Assembly (NCBI GenBank): GCA_951406725.2
Contig: OX597826.1
Coordinates: 15,686,001 to 15,750,000, forward strand
Direction: 5' to 3'
Source: Octopus vulgaris
Taxonomy: Eukaryota
DNA: 64,000 bases
The notes under the pieces are model-generated. The model worked only from the letters and a program-made list of their open reading frames with translations. It ran no database searches and was not told where the DNA came from. The stretch's first letter is position 1; the number at the start of each line of letters is the position of its first letter. Shown in pieces: positions 10,171 through 23,779 of the stretch. The position numbers and the translations under genes are program-made.

Positions 10171-12689
10171 TTCAAGATAATTTGTACCAATTTGTTTTCA
10201 CAACAGCTTTTCGTAGCTGAAATAAGCGTCTTTTTCTTAATCCATGCCAGTGACCTCGGAAAAATTACCCAGAATCGATATATGGGTGAATATATAATAT
10301 GCATATTTGAACGGAAATTTTATAACTAATGTAATCGACATGAATCTGTTTCTGGTATAATCAAGCACCGGAAGAATGAATAAACACTTTACTTATTAAT
10401 TTCACTCCTTTTTCGACAGTCACCTTACATTATATAAAGTGATCATGTTATGAGGATATCATATACGAAAAACGAAATTGCTGGTACTATGTTGACTATT
10501 GAACTATTTGGGGCATAAATAGTTTAACCGAAAGTTATCGTTGATCGACCAAATCTAAGATGAAAAGTGTACATTGTAGCCAACCCAATAACATTCCTGT
10601 CAGTTTATATAAGACGACATTATTCGCTGTCATACGTTTGAACCTTTAAAGCACTCTACGAAGGCGATTTGGTGTCAAAGGACCGTATGAAAAGTATTTA
10701 GTCTGCTGAAGTAAATGAGTTTTATGATAAAAATATCCAATCTCTGGCTTCTATAAGAGGAAGCTATTTCCCTTCTTGAAAAAGGACTAACAAAATATTT
10801 TCTTGTTAGATAACTGAAATCTACTGGTAACTCTTGATTTCTATTACCTCTTTTATTACACCAAATTCGCGTGTCATCTCAATAGTGTTCATGATAAATG
10901 GATTTGATACATAAAAGTTTAGCCTGTGGAGATGTTTTCAAAGAATTCTTCGCTTAAGACAAGAGATAACTAGCGATGATTGATCTTATTGAATATATCT
11001 AATTCATCTAAACATCAGATCGTCTAAATACAGATAGTGATCAATCATCCTCGTTGATTTATCATAAAGACTAGGATTAAACCTGCTTAATCACCTTTTG
11101 ATTCACGTATGTTTTTGCATGTAAAACGGGACTAGAAATGAAAAACCTCTTCTTTTTCATTAGTATATTTCCTACAACCTTTGATTTGTATTAATTATGT
11201 CCGTATAAATATCGACTGTATTAAGTTCTCCGCGTCTTTTGAGAGCATCACCAAAATTATCCGCTCATAATTGTGAAGGGACCAAATCAAATTACAGGTC
11301 TTGGTATAATTCATCTAAACCTAGAAAAGTTATATACATAGAAAGAAAAATGACGCCAAGTGAAATTGTTTAATTATCACGTAAGTAATTTTTAATGTAT
11401 GCATATTACAAGGAAGAGAGAATACTACAGAATGCAGCTTATATGGTGTGTTTCTCTAGTATGCGGAAGATAATGTCAGTAACACAACAACTCTTCATTA
11501 CATTACATTAAATTGAAAGTCAGGACGGGCTCGAAAGTCTAATATCGCCAATTTATACTGAATATAATGAATTTTTGTCAAGTAATACTTCGACCAGCAT
11601 TTGTTTAGAGCAGTGGTTCCAAACTGTTTCGCATTGATTTGCTTTTCTTTTTCAGATCATTTTTAGCCATTATTTTTTAAACTCCAGTGACTCACAGTTT
11701 TTGTTTTTCGCACTTTATTAGATATCGTTTTTCCTTTTGTTCCTATAAATAGAAAAACAGTTATCTCACCTGTATTTACATTATAATATAATCGGGAAAA
11801 TATTAAGTCTGAATTGTTGCATAATGAATATAAAAGCTAAGTTTTTATCAGTTATATATATATATAAACATATTTATATATGCAATTGTGTATGCAATCT
11901 TGATGCAAATATACATGGAGATAAAAAAAACGTAAACTTGTCTATATGTGTAATCATATGTATAGATGTAGGGATATGTATAGGTACATATATGTATGTG
12001 TTTATGTAGGCATATATATATGTGTTTGTGTGTGCATATGTATATATATGTATATATGGTGATGTGTGTGTATGTATAAATGTGTATATTACTTAACAAA
12101 ACCTGTTATAGAACTAGAGACTAATAGATTTGAATTTAAAAATTTACGAAATTCCTGTTTATTTTTTCTTCATCTCGCGCTTTAAAAAAGCGTTTTTTTT
12201 TTAAAAAAAAACAGTTTTAAAATCAGGAAAATGTTTACCTGTTACTCTCGCAAAATAATTAACAAGATATATCAGTCTGATGAAATCTCATTGGATTTAA
12301 AACCCTATTTTTAATTTTTCGAAGAAATCTGTTATTTACGCTGTGGGAAAAGCTATTATTGAACTGAATTAATTATTTAATGATAAAGTTTTATTATTTT
12401 TTGTTTCCGTTTCTATTATTAGTATTTTGATAAACTGATTGTTTATTCTTAACCTATATGATACGAGCGGTAGTTCATGACAATATTATTCACATAGGTA
12501 AATAACAAGTAAGTTCTTTGGATATTCAATATACGTTCAATGGTTATTTAACATCTACAAATATAAGATGATTGCCACTTCCTAACAGAAGAAAGCCATC
12601 TCTTCAATTAATAAATACTGTCATACGATCTTATATGACTAGCAAGACATGCTCTTAACAAACAAACTCTTATGCAGTCTTTGGGATTG

Positions 12690-13385
12690 CAGTTAAGTCC
12701 TGTCTACGAAGTTCTCGTTTCAAGATGCATTGTTTAATTCTTCGAGCTTCAAATGTTTTACATCTATTGTAGATCATTTGTTTCCACACCGATCAATCTT
12801 GTGTCTTCAACCTCCACATTAAGAGCATTAAGGTTGTTCTTGTCAGCATCCCTAAAACGTTTCTTAGGTTTATGTCTCGGACGTTTGCCACGCTGCACCT
12901 CCCCGTAAAACAACTTCTTTGGCAACCCGTCATCCTGTATCTTAGCCAGGTGCCCAGTCCAACGCATCTGATTGCATATGAGGATCATTTCAATAATTGA
13001 TATGTTAGCTTGCTGAAGCATAACGGTGCCTGATGTTAAAGAATTCCATTTGATGTCTAGTTTCCTTCTTAAGCAAGTCTGGTGGAATCTTTCGATAACC
13101 TCGATATGGCGCCGATATGTCGTCCAGGTTTCAGAAGAGTATAGGAGGACTGCTAAAGTGCAAGATTCATAGATACTAAGCTTGGTTTTGAAGGTGATAC
13201 CACTATCAGATCACACACGATTTTCAAGCCTTCCAAATGCTTTGCTGCTTTTTCAATTCTCAAATATATTTCAGAATCAAGGGATCCATATCTAGAGATA
13301 GTGCTGCCAAGTTAGATGAACGAATCAACCACATCTAATCTTGTACCCTGGACAAAGATATCAGGTTTCACATACGATTGTGCCT
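12690..13385 (-). pseudogene. RTE-clade LINE 3' fragment
   Basis: QMRWTGHLAKIQDDGLPKKLFYGEVQRGKRPRHKPKKRFRD is typical of the RTE/BovB-like C-terminus; upstream LLYSSETWT-like remnant. Confidence 0.8.
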
Positions 13386-13529
13386 GAGAGATCATGTACT
13401 ATATATATATATAGTACATGTATATATACATATATACATAAATATATATACATATACATATATATATATATATATACATATGCATAAATATATATATGCT
13501 TATATATACATAGGCATAAATATATATGT

Positions 13530-13583
<54 letters not shown>

Positions 13584-13595
13584 TATACATATATA

Positions 13596-13669
13596 TATAT
13601 CTAATGTAGGATTAAATTTTTTTCGAAAAAGATTCTTTTCGAAAAAAAATTTATCCTACATTAGATATA
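13596..13669. repeat. Near-perfect palindrome / hairpin (about 35 bp arms)
   Basis: atctaatgtaggattaaatttttttcgaaaa ... ttttcgaaaaaaaatttatcctacattagat. Confidence 0.9.
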
Positions 13670-14134
13670 AATTTAAGCGTTCACTTCCGGACTCTCTCAC
13701 TCTGTGAGGGCTTCAGTTCAAATCGCACGTGTCTCGAATGGGCTGGAGTATTTCTATTTTGGATGTATTTGGGGTACTTAATTGTGCTCATGACTTAGTG
13801 TTTGTTTCTTCCATGTGTATGAGTAAGTATCTCATTTATTTCTTTTGCCACATGACGAAGGGAGGGCTGTTATGAGCTAACCCTGAAATCGGTCCCATAT
13901 GGTAATAATGGAATTTTTGAGAAATTTCTATCGACCTTTTTTCGAGTAGCGTGCGTATTGTGAGAAAAAATTGTATGATTAATGGACAATATGTCCAATT
14001 TTTCGGCATATTTGGCATTCGAATTTTTTTCGTTTGCCCTTATTTATGAATATATATATATATCTTAGGAGAAAAACGGTTAGTTTTATATCTCTGAGCG
14101 AGAAATAAGTAGTAACAGTACTACAAACTAAATT

Positions 14135-14493
14135 CTATTTGCCAACGTCAAGTGACAGTCCTGATCAGGATGGTGTTACTACCTTTCTAGCCTCCAGATA
14201 ACATCTTTTTCCATCACTGCGTCGTTACGAGACCAGCAACTGTGTGTCACTTTAAAAGTATATACTCGAACAAAAGCCTAGTGCTGAGAGTCAACGGCTT
14301 TTGTGTGGTAATGAAGTGAAATAACCCAAAAACCATTGATTCGTTTAAGGCTGAGTGAGGACAATTGCTCCCTTGGTCAAGGTAAAAAGACACAGTTGTG
14401 TGTAGGTAGCCAGCTGGAAAAGATGTTTTCCCCGATCTAAAAAAGGTAGTAACATCTTCCTAATCCCGAATGCAACTTTACATTGGCAAATAG
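14135..14493. mobile_element. Foldback/MITE-like element with imperfect inverted repeats of about 110 bp
   Basis: ctatttgccaa...tgttactaccttt...aacatcttttcc...caactgtgt is mirrored by acacagttg...ggaaaagatgtt...aaaggtagtaaca...ttggcaaatag. Confidence 0.7.
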
Positions 14494-14505
14494 ACGTTTC
14501 TCTCG

Positions 14506-14538
<33 letters not shown>

Positions 14539-14660
14539 CGTATACATACATATATATATATATACATATATATATATACATGCATATATAGACGTATACA
14601 TATATATAGCATTTATATGTATATACATACATACATACATACATATGTCTCTCTCTCTCA

Positions 14661-14698
<38 letters not shown>

Positions 14699-14706
14699 GT
14701 ATTCAT

Positions 14707-15462
14707 ACAGGGTGTCTATGCAATCATGATGCAATCTAAAATACTTGTATCTTCGTAACTATACTTAATAATCGGTAAAAAGTATAATAAAGAGAATTAC
14801 CCAATTTTTCAATTCATCTTGTTAGTTTTCAACATGTCAACCATCATTAGTGAAAGAAAGTGAGGGCGGTGAGCTGGCAGAATGGTTAGCATGCTGGCCG
14901 AAATGCTTACCGGTATTTCGTCTGTCGCTACGTTCTGAGTTGAAATTGTGCCGAGGTTGATTTGTCAACCTTTCTGGGTCGATAAATTAATTACCAGTTT
15001 CTCACTAGGGCCGATGAAACTGAGTACCCCTCCTCCCAGATTGCAGGCCTTGTGCCTATAGTACAGAGAATTATTAATACAAAGAGAAATATGATATCAT
15101 TCTTTAATACTCAGGAAAATTTATCCAGCTAATATTCAGCATCATCTTCAATAATTCCAGTTATCCTTGCTTTCAAGTCTTCTAAAGAGCGAGTTGAAGT
15201 TGAATAAACTACATGTCACATGTCCTTGTAAAAACAAATCCAATAGCGTTCAATCTGTAAACTTGGACGCCTAAATAATGGTCCTCCTCTTCCAATCCAT
15301 CTGTTAGGGGCTTTCTCATTTAGAAAGTACCTAATTTTCACAGCGAATTAAGAAGGTGCACCATTCTGTTGTAAAACTATATTCCCGATGAGTTCTAATG
15401 GTTCAAGCTTGGGAAAGAAGTAATTTGTAGCATTGTAACATGAGTTTACGGACGCCATGTAT
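14707..15462 (-). mobile_element. Degraded Tc1/mariner-type element with an inserted SINE
   Basis: TIR-like TAcagggtgtc...tcatgatgcaat at 14707 and a related reverse copy at 15432-15462; minus-strand remnants QQNGAP and RWIGRGG. Confidence 0.55.
14863..15072 (+). mobile_element. tRNA-derived SINE, family B
   Basis: ggcggtgagctggcagaatggttagc...ttctgagttgaaat...gggtcgataaatt, the same pattern as the other family B copies. Confidence 0.8.
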
Positions 15463-15470
15463 TTACACAC

Positions 15471-15528
<58 letters not shown>

Positions 15529-15787
15529 AAATACATGACGTCCGTAAACTCATGTTACAATACGATTTCAAACTTACAGGGAAAAATACAATTTAGTAAT
15601 AATAAATCAATTTGACAATATATAATATTAAAAAAACGTGGTGTAAATAGGACTAGAATAAATAGATATAAATATTTATTTTATCTATGAAAATATATTT
15701 TAGCTTATAGAAGAAAAAATAGCAAAATATAGTAAATCGTTACTAGAAAATTAAAATACAAGTAATTAAAATACAATATTTAAAACA

Positions 15788-15823
<36 letters not shown>

Positions 15824-17198
15824 ATACAGAATATAGATTAAGTGAAACTAAAATACTATAATTAAATCTATATACATTAAATTATTAATTTATTTATTTA
15901 ATAAACATCTACGTTAAATCTAATTCTAATTAAGTAATATATGCTAAGATAACTACATGCTAACTTATATACATAATAGTAGTACAAACTATGGCTAAAA
16001 GAATTAAAAATAGAAAACATGTTTCAAATATATACACACAAACTAGTTAAAGTTACATAATTAGTTCAATTTATATATAGATTTAATATTATATTCATGT
16101 GCAGAATTAACCAAAGTTTCAATTATTATTAAAAGTATTTACTTAAATGCAATATTACACAACCAATAAAATTCCTTCCTATTCGATGATATTTTATCTA
16201 ACAAAACAATTTCACTATGTAAATTATATGTAATACGTTAATTTACAAGATTATAACAACAATATAAATGATTAGTAAATAAATATACGTATCGTATCTT
16301 ATAATTATCAAATAACAATATAAAAATCAATATTTTTACAATAATAATCAAACAAAATTCAATTTAAAAAATTCGCTTTATTATCTCTTTATATAAGATA
16401 ATATATGTACATTTATTTAATTATTTTATTCTTTTTATCTTAGACCTGATAAGTGACTATATTTAAATTTAATTGATTTTACTGTTATCAGTCAATTAGA
16501 CGCCATCAGATTGATGAATTTATGAAGAGTGTTGTCTCTTTTTTACAGAAATAATCAAAGTAGAAACGCGACAGTGTATTGAAATCCCCTTACACTGGTT
16601 AATCGAGTGTATAACGAGCATATATAAGGTACATAGAAGAGATAGTCTCTGATAACAAAATACTGCAATTTTAGGATATTCAAACAAAAATCAGCCAAAC
16701 TGTACTGAGAGTGTATAGAGAAGTTATTGTACAGTTTACACCCCATGGATTATCACAAATCAAACAAAGTTAAGTCAAACTTAAAATGATTCTTAAATGA
16801 TTCTTAATTATTTGGTATTCATTACTAGTTTTAATGTGGCTGCCTTTTCTTTCATTTAGCTATTCTCATTTTGTAATTTTCTGCTTGATCACGATATTCG
16901 TGTTTATAATTATTCTACTTGCCATCGTCTTAATCTTCGTTGTAATTGCAGTTCGTCTTCGTTGTATTTGTCGAGGTTGTGCGTTCACCATCTTTATCAA
17001 TTCTCCTACTCAACGTCCTCCATTATATCGTGTTCTTGTCATTGCTACCTAAATAGATTCCTCCACCAACTCCACATACCTCCCAGTTTCTTTCTTCCCA
17101 ATTCCTTCCAAATTCTCATACATTTCCAATTCCTCTCTTCCTCATCATTCTTGCAGTTCTTGGTTATTGTTTTTAACTTTCTGCTCGTTTGTTCATTA

Positions 17199-17241
17199 CT
17201 GCTGCTGCTCCTACTACTACAGCAGCAGCAGCAGCAGCAGC

Positions 17242-17308
<67 letters not shown>

Positions 17309-17347
17309 GCAACAACAGCAACAACAGCAACAGCAACAACAACAACA

Positions 17348-17388
<41 letters not shown>

Positions 17389-17422
17389 AACTGTTACTAG
17401 TAGTAGTAGTAGTAGTAGTAGT
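17199..17422. repeat. Compound trinucleotide microsatellite (CTG)(CTA)(CAG)(CAA)(CTA)(TAG)
   Basis: Directly visible; produces spurious poly-Q/N/T/V ORFs. Confidence 0.95.
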
Positions 17423-17661
17423 TGTGAATGTCGTACTTTCACAGGTTTCAAGTAATTCTAATTTCCATTCATGATAATAAAAGCTGGACCATATTTACAT
17501 AGCTTAGTAATTAAAATTTTACTTGATATGCAGGTTAATTGAGGCGAGGATGAATATTTAAGCGCCAAACACATATTAATTAAAAATTGTTATTCCGTTA
17601 TCATATCTATTTTAATGTATAGTGTTGGTAAAATATTCAAAACTCAAGTTTTATTTTTTAT

Positions 17662-17710
<49 letters not shown>

Positions 17711-17724
17711 GAAGAGAGAGATAG

Positions 17725-17784
<60 letters not shown>

Positions 17785-17858
17785 AGAAACAGAAAGAGAC
17801 AGGCAAACAGACAGGCAGATAGATAGATACAGAGAGGATGACAGAATAAAAGCTTATC

Positions 17859-18086
17859 TTATGAACTTTCTTAGCTTACAGCTGTTTCTAATAAAAAATG
17901 AAGTGGACATATAGTTAAGCGCATGAGTAGCACCATATAGCCCCATCTGGGCGTCGAAGAGGTAGTGCAATTTATTTGGGAAAGAATTACACTTGTGTCT
18001 GTAGGAAAGAGTGTAATTCTGGCACTCAACTATGAATCCACTGCATGTTATTGTTGAAACAGCTGTAAGCTAATGAAGTTCATAAG
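17859..18086. repeat. Inverted repeat with GAAA-CAGCTG-TA hammerhead 3' halves (degenerate)
   Basis: cttatgaactttcttagcttacagctgtttc versus gaaacagctgtaagctaatgaagttcataag. Confidence 0.65.
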
Positions 18087-18294
18087 ATCATTTATTCCAT
18101 TGTTATCTTTCTTATCTCTGCTCTAAACTGAGCTAATACTTCTTTCTCAAACCTTATATATATTAAGTTCTACACCTGGTTATTAGTCTTGCAATGACTA
18201 AGCACAATATATACAGACATTCATGCATACATCTACTTATCTCTCTCTCAATCTCTCTCTCTCTCTGTCGATATACATATATATATATATATAT

Positions 18295-18508
18295 AGGTAA
18301 GCCAAACATGAAAACACAAGGAGAAAGCACAACAACGCGAGGACGTGATACAAGTATAGTGTTATTGGACACTCAGGAAAGGAAATAAAGGAGGATCTAA
18401 CGTTTAGAGCGGAGGTCTTCGTCAGACATATAGGAAAAGGAAAGATCCAAGGAAGGGAAGACGGAAGGAAAAAATCGCCAACGGTACACACGCGGTCACA
18501 TTTTGAAA
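18295..18508 (-). mobile_element. Short non-autonomous repeat in (TA)n carrying a degenerate hammerhead motif (18395-18429)
   Basis: Minus strand: atgt-CTGACGA-agacctccgctc-tAAA-cg-TT-agat; (TA)n on both sides. Confidence 0.55.
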
Positions 18509-18639
18509 ATATATGTATATATATATATATATATATATACAGAAAGAGAGAGAGAGAGAGAGAAGAGAGAGAGAGAAAGAGGGAGAGAGAGACGGGAGAG
18601 AGAAAAGGAGAGAGATAGACAGACAGAAGTGAGGGCATG

Positions 18640-18748
18640 ATATATTGTGGTTTGAGTTTGCCTTGACAACCCATGCTTCCCTATTACGTCACCCCATATA
18701 GATGTATCACAACCTATGTGTGCATTGAAATCACCAAAGAGGAGATTT
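18640..18748 (-). pseudogene. RTE-type LINE AP-endonuclease fragment
   Basis: LLFGDFNAHIGCDTSIWGDVIGKHG. Confidence 0.75.
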
Positions 18749-18756
18749 ATATAGAT

Positions 18757-18845
<89 letters not shown>

Positions 18846-19379
18846 CATACATATACATACAGCCTTTCTTCAATACACACACATAGAGATATTCACACAC
18901 ATGCACTCACAAGTTGAGTCTATATGTGTGCATAGGGACAATATATACGGATGTGTATATGTATGTATATGCTTCTATATGTAATGTATGTTACCCATAA
19001 GAATGGTTCTCTGCGGTGGATTATATTTGGAATTTTTTATGTTAATTTCGTTGTTTATAATTAATACAAATTCATATAACAATTCATAGAGAATTTTTGT
19101 TATTTAGTTCAAAATTTTTTCAGTATTACAATTATTGATATGTTTGTATGTATGAACGTACGCACGTACGTATGTATGTATGTATGAATGTGTGCATGTA
19201 TGCATGTATCTATGTATTTATGTATGTATGCATGTATGTGTGTGTGTCTGTCTGTCTGTCTGTATGTATGTATGTATGTATGTATGTATGTTCCTTTCTG
19301 CTTTGAGGTATTTAAATTCTTCTGAGGAAGGAGCTGGTTTCTAACAAAAGTACAGATCTATATCGTTTGTATTCTGATA

Positions 19380-20340
19380 AGGGAAGCAACGTCACATATT
19401 GTGATGTTCAAGTTAGATGGTTGATTACTTTTTCTGAGTGTAAGCGAGGTTTTGCTTCATGTTTCCAGTTTTCACGATGATATACCCATGTATGGTCTTT
19501 TTTGCATGCTAAGCATTTGGCATACAGGTCTTCTTTGAAGTATGGTATTCCTGCTGTTTTGGGTTTGTATGGGAGGTCACCAGGTGGAGAGTGCTGTCCG
19601 AGAGAGACTAAACGAAACTCGAAGCCTATCCACACTGCTTTCAAGCCTCTACTTCCCTTATTTTTTCTTAGGTAGAGACTGTCGATGTTATTGTTCTTGT
19701 GAAGATTTTTAGTTGATGTCACTATCTTGCAAGGTTTAATATCTTTGGAGTACATTTCTTCTACAGACCAGTGAATTATCCAACACTGGTACTACAAATG
19801 AATTGTCGGACATTGTCTTGTGAGAGAAGAGTTCCGACTGCCATATTTTTCTATGTCTGGCAAAAACACTCGGGTTACTCTATCTTTATTCCCCGTACGA
19901 CAAGTTTTCATTAATTCTTAGGTAGGTCTTCATTTTCTAATTCCGTATCTAAATCAGCTGAAATTGTTAACAATTCCATCTTTGGCTTTATTATTTCTTT
20001 CATAATTTTTGAGGTGATTCACAAAGAAATTATAGGTTTCATTAATATTTCTACCAGATCCTATCGTGTAGCCATTTAAATTTTGTGTTAGGGTTTTAAT
20101 GAATTTAATGCCAAATGAAGAGAATTTCAGAAATAGACTGTATAAATCTCCTTGATATATTCTCTTTCCTTCGCCCAGTTTTAAGGATTTGTAGGATTTG
20201 TTTTCCATCTCTTTGTGAGTCTGTCAATGGTATCAATTAAAACAGCAAGAGACACTACAGCAAGCATGAGTGGGAAATAGATTCAAATGCCTTACTATAA
20301 CCAAGCAATAGTGTTGTAAGGCTCCTACTATATGTAACAC
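19380..20340 (-). pseudogene. Degraded RLE-type (R4/Dong-like) LINE RT fragment
   Basis: RIYQGDLYS (cf. GIFQGDSLS) and SLYLRKNKGSRGLK (cf. RLYLPRxxGGRGL). Confidence 0.6.
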
Positions 20341-21289
20341 ATATACATGATGGATTTAATTGATAGAATTGAATGAAATTAAACTTTTAATATCAGTGCT
20401 CCAGTATTACGTATAGTTTAACATTTCATTTGTCTAATAGTTTGTGTCAAATAATTTTTCAAAGGCAGTAAATTTATTATTGTTATGAAATAGCCCCTGC
20501 GTATATCTGTTTTTATTTATATAGTTATCTATTCATTTATTTATTCATTTTATCAATTATGCATTAACGAAAGCTGAAAGGAATATCGTATAAAATTAGG
20601 TGAAATTTATCTCCTTTTATACACGAGTAGAGTTTTTTTTCCCGATACCCTTTAGTTGTATTTTTTGATATTTTCTTCTCTAAGATCTTTTTACAGATGC
20701 AGACCAGTAATGGATTTCCCAGGTCTTAGATTTCATGAAATAAGTTCGGTCAGACATCAATATTGCACAACTAAGTAAACCGATAAACGTTTTAATCTTT
20801 TGTGATTATATTTTACTTTACACCTTGCCGTGCTTGGCTTGTAATGTTCCCTTTGCGTCTCATGGGAGCGTTGTGGCAAACTTTGGTTACAAGGAACTAT
20901 AAAATGTGATATTTCATCATTTTTATTTTTTAATGAAGTCAAACACGAGTTCTGGTAAAGTGATATGTATTGAACATCTTGTGGGGAAATAGGTTATTCA
21001 ATTTCAATATATTTAATATCCCCTCTTATGTTTGATACATGATATGCACTAGCAATGCACTTTATCGCATTTTATTTATCATGACAATCGCATGCTGTCA
21101 TTGTAATCCAACCTGATGCGATTAGACATTAGTTCATCAGCTGAGTTCATGCACATGGAAATGCTAAGTATTATCTTACTTGTTTGCATACCTAATTAGA
21201 AAAAAGCAAATAAATAAGATCATATGTACTTGAAGAGCTACAGACCTATAAGGTGCCTTTTTTCGATTCTGTAACAAATATGTTACAGA

Positions 21290-21378
21290 AAACCAAGCAT
21301 CGACCAGAGGAGGAATCGACACCACAATCTTAGAACTAGGAGCCCCACAACCTAACCGCTCTGCCACACATCTGCACA
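21290..21378 (-). mobile_element. SINE family C head fragment
   Basis: Minus strand: gtggcagagcggttagg...aagattgtggtgtcgattcct (A- and B-box-like). Confidence 0.5.
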
Positions 21379-21924
21379 TAGGCCTAATTAAACGTAAGTA
21401 TACTAATGATGCGTATATTAAAAGAGCTGTAACACAATCTGCGAAATGTTTGGATCACAAAGCTACATTTCGTGCAGCAAATACAATATTCGCGAAAATG
21501 TTTCAAGGAATATATATTTACCCCACTTGGTATAATAATCATTCTTATATCCTTCTCGCGAAAACAGTTATTTATAGAAGAGAATAGATGTGAAATTGAT
21601 AAAACATCATAATTTTAGTATTTAAAGTAATTTACCAATATAAAATAATATATAAATAAAAGTAATGTATACATGAAATGTGTATATTAGATATTCACTT
21701 ATTACATGCGTATGTGTGTATCTTGAATATGTGTATATATGTGTATATATGTGTGTGTCTGTATAAATATATATTAAATACAAATAACAAGTATGATGGG
21801 GGACGGGATAAACTACCTGCATCAACTTGCTATAAAACCAGGTAGTAATTTTACCTTGACTTAGTTCTTAGTGCAGGTTTTGAAGAGTGCAGTTGGATTT
21901 TAATTTTCGTTTTTTCAAAGCTAT

Positions 21925-22402
21925 AATCGAAGTGACAAAGAAGCATATTCAGCATATTTTGCTTTATGAGTTCAATGAAGGCAACAACGCAACGGAAACT
22001 GCGAGGAATATACATGCAGTATATGGCCATCGGACAATAAGCATAAGATAGTGTCAACGGTGGTTCCAAAATTCTGACCCGGAAACTACAGTCTAGAGAA
22101 CGAGTCTCGTCCAAGAAGATCTGTAGAGTTCGATGACGACGTCCTGCAAACCCTGGTGTTACAAAACCCCATCACAACTGTTGAAGAATTAGTAGGGAAG
22201 TTTGGATTTGGCCATTCAAACATTGATTGACTCCTGCGTGCTATCGGAAAAGTGAGCAAATTGGGTGAATGGGTTCCTCACAAACTTTCCGAGTCTAATC
22301 GCACGATGTGAGTGAATGTGTGCTCTCCTTTGCTGTCACGTCTCACGAATGAATCTTGTTTGACAGAATAGTGACTGGTGACAAGAAATTCTATAAAAAT
22401 GT
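21925..22402 (+). pseudogene. Mariner transposase N-terminal fragment
   Basis: HILLYEFNEGNNATETARNIHAVYG, WVPHKL and RIVTGD motifs; truncated by (TA)n. Confidence 0.8.
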
Positions 22403-22410
22403 CGGACATA

Positions 22411-22473
<63 letters not shown>

Positions 22474-22600
22474 AAATAAAGGTTAAAAATGAATTACAGC
22501 TGTGTTATCTATTATTTTGCTGTAAATATTATTCCTAAAATAGTTTTAAATATAAATCTTTATATATATATTCAAATTAAAATACAGAAAATAGAGAAGT

Positions 22601-22988
22601 GGATGGAAGCACTCCGTCGGTTACGATGACGAGGGTTCCGGTTGATCCGAATCAACGGAACAGCCTGCTCGTGAAATTAACGTGTAAGTGGCTGAGCACT
22701 CCACAGACACGTGTACCCTTAACGTAGTTCTCGGGGAAATTCAGCGTGACACAGAGAGTGACAAGGTCGGCCCTTTGAAATACAGGTACAGCAGAAACAG
22801 GAAGTAAGAGTGAGAGAAAGTTGTGGTGAAAGAATACAGCAGGGATCACCACCACCCCCTGCCGGAGACTCGTGCAGCTTTAGGTGTTTTCGCTCAATAA
22901 ACACTCACAACGCCCGGTCTGGGAATCGAAACCGCGATCCTATGACCGCGAATCCGCTGCCCTAACCACTGGGCCATTGCGCCTCCAC
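22601..22988 (-). mobile_element. tRNA-derived SINE, family C, full length with TSD
   Basis: Head ggaggcgcaatggcccagtggttagg...ggtttcgattccc; 12-bp TSD aaatagagaagt (22589) / aaatggagaagt (22989). Confidence 0.9.
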
Positions 22989-23779
22989 AAATGGAGAAGT
23001 AGCATTAATGTAATCTATTAACTTCATAAATTCAACATGTTCACTTACAGCTGTTTCGAGTTTGCAAAAATCATTAAATTCCAGTAATTAAAACATTATA
23101 TTGGGCAAGATCACGTCAGAGGAGTAAAAAAGGCATAACGTTAGATTATTACATGTTATCCTTCCAAAACATTTCATCAGACTGAAAGTCATTTAATTAC
23201 TAATATTGGCATAAACCTTGGTCAGTGGGTAATAGGTTATATAATGGTAATAATTGGTAAAGAAATGTTTGGTAGTGAGTTACAGCAAAAATAGCATTAT
23301 ATCATTGAGAGATCAAATCAGTAATCACTTTTATAATTTGTTTAAGAAATTGATTGAACTACTATGAAAAATAAATTACAAAATAATCGTACTCCAGTTT
23401 TATTATATATACACGGTGCACACTTATACACATATCTTTTTATAAAAAATTCTTGGTCAGCTACCGCTTTGGCTGTACAGAAAAGCCTCGTTTTTGGAAA
23501 AGAAAGCATTTTTTTCATTTGTTTTCTGTATATTTGATATTAATAAAAGGTAATATTTCTCAAAGTAAACTCGTAGAAACCTCTCAATTCGTATTTAAAC
23601 CAGAAAATATTGGTCACCTTACTGAGAAACACTATTATTGCAATAACAGTCGAACCCTAAGTCTTTAAAAATAATAAAATCGAATATACCAACACTAACA
23701 AGTATTTTCATCAAATCATTAAATAAACTAACAGCAAAAATAAAACCTTCGTGAACATAAGAACTATGGTAAAAAAATG

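Noticed and set aside
16440-16580. CTGATAA...GAAACGCG hammerhead-like words
   Set aside because: Spacing and stems are inconsistent with the fold.
16962-17474. Poly-Q/N/T/V ORFs
   Set aside because: Translation of a compound microsatellite that is open in several frames.
22900-22988. tRNA gene
   Set aside because: The A/B boxes belong to a SINE head continuous with the SINE body and TSD.
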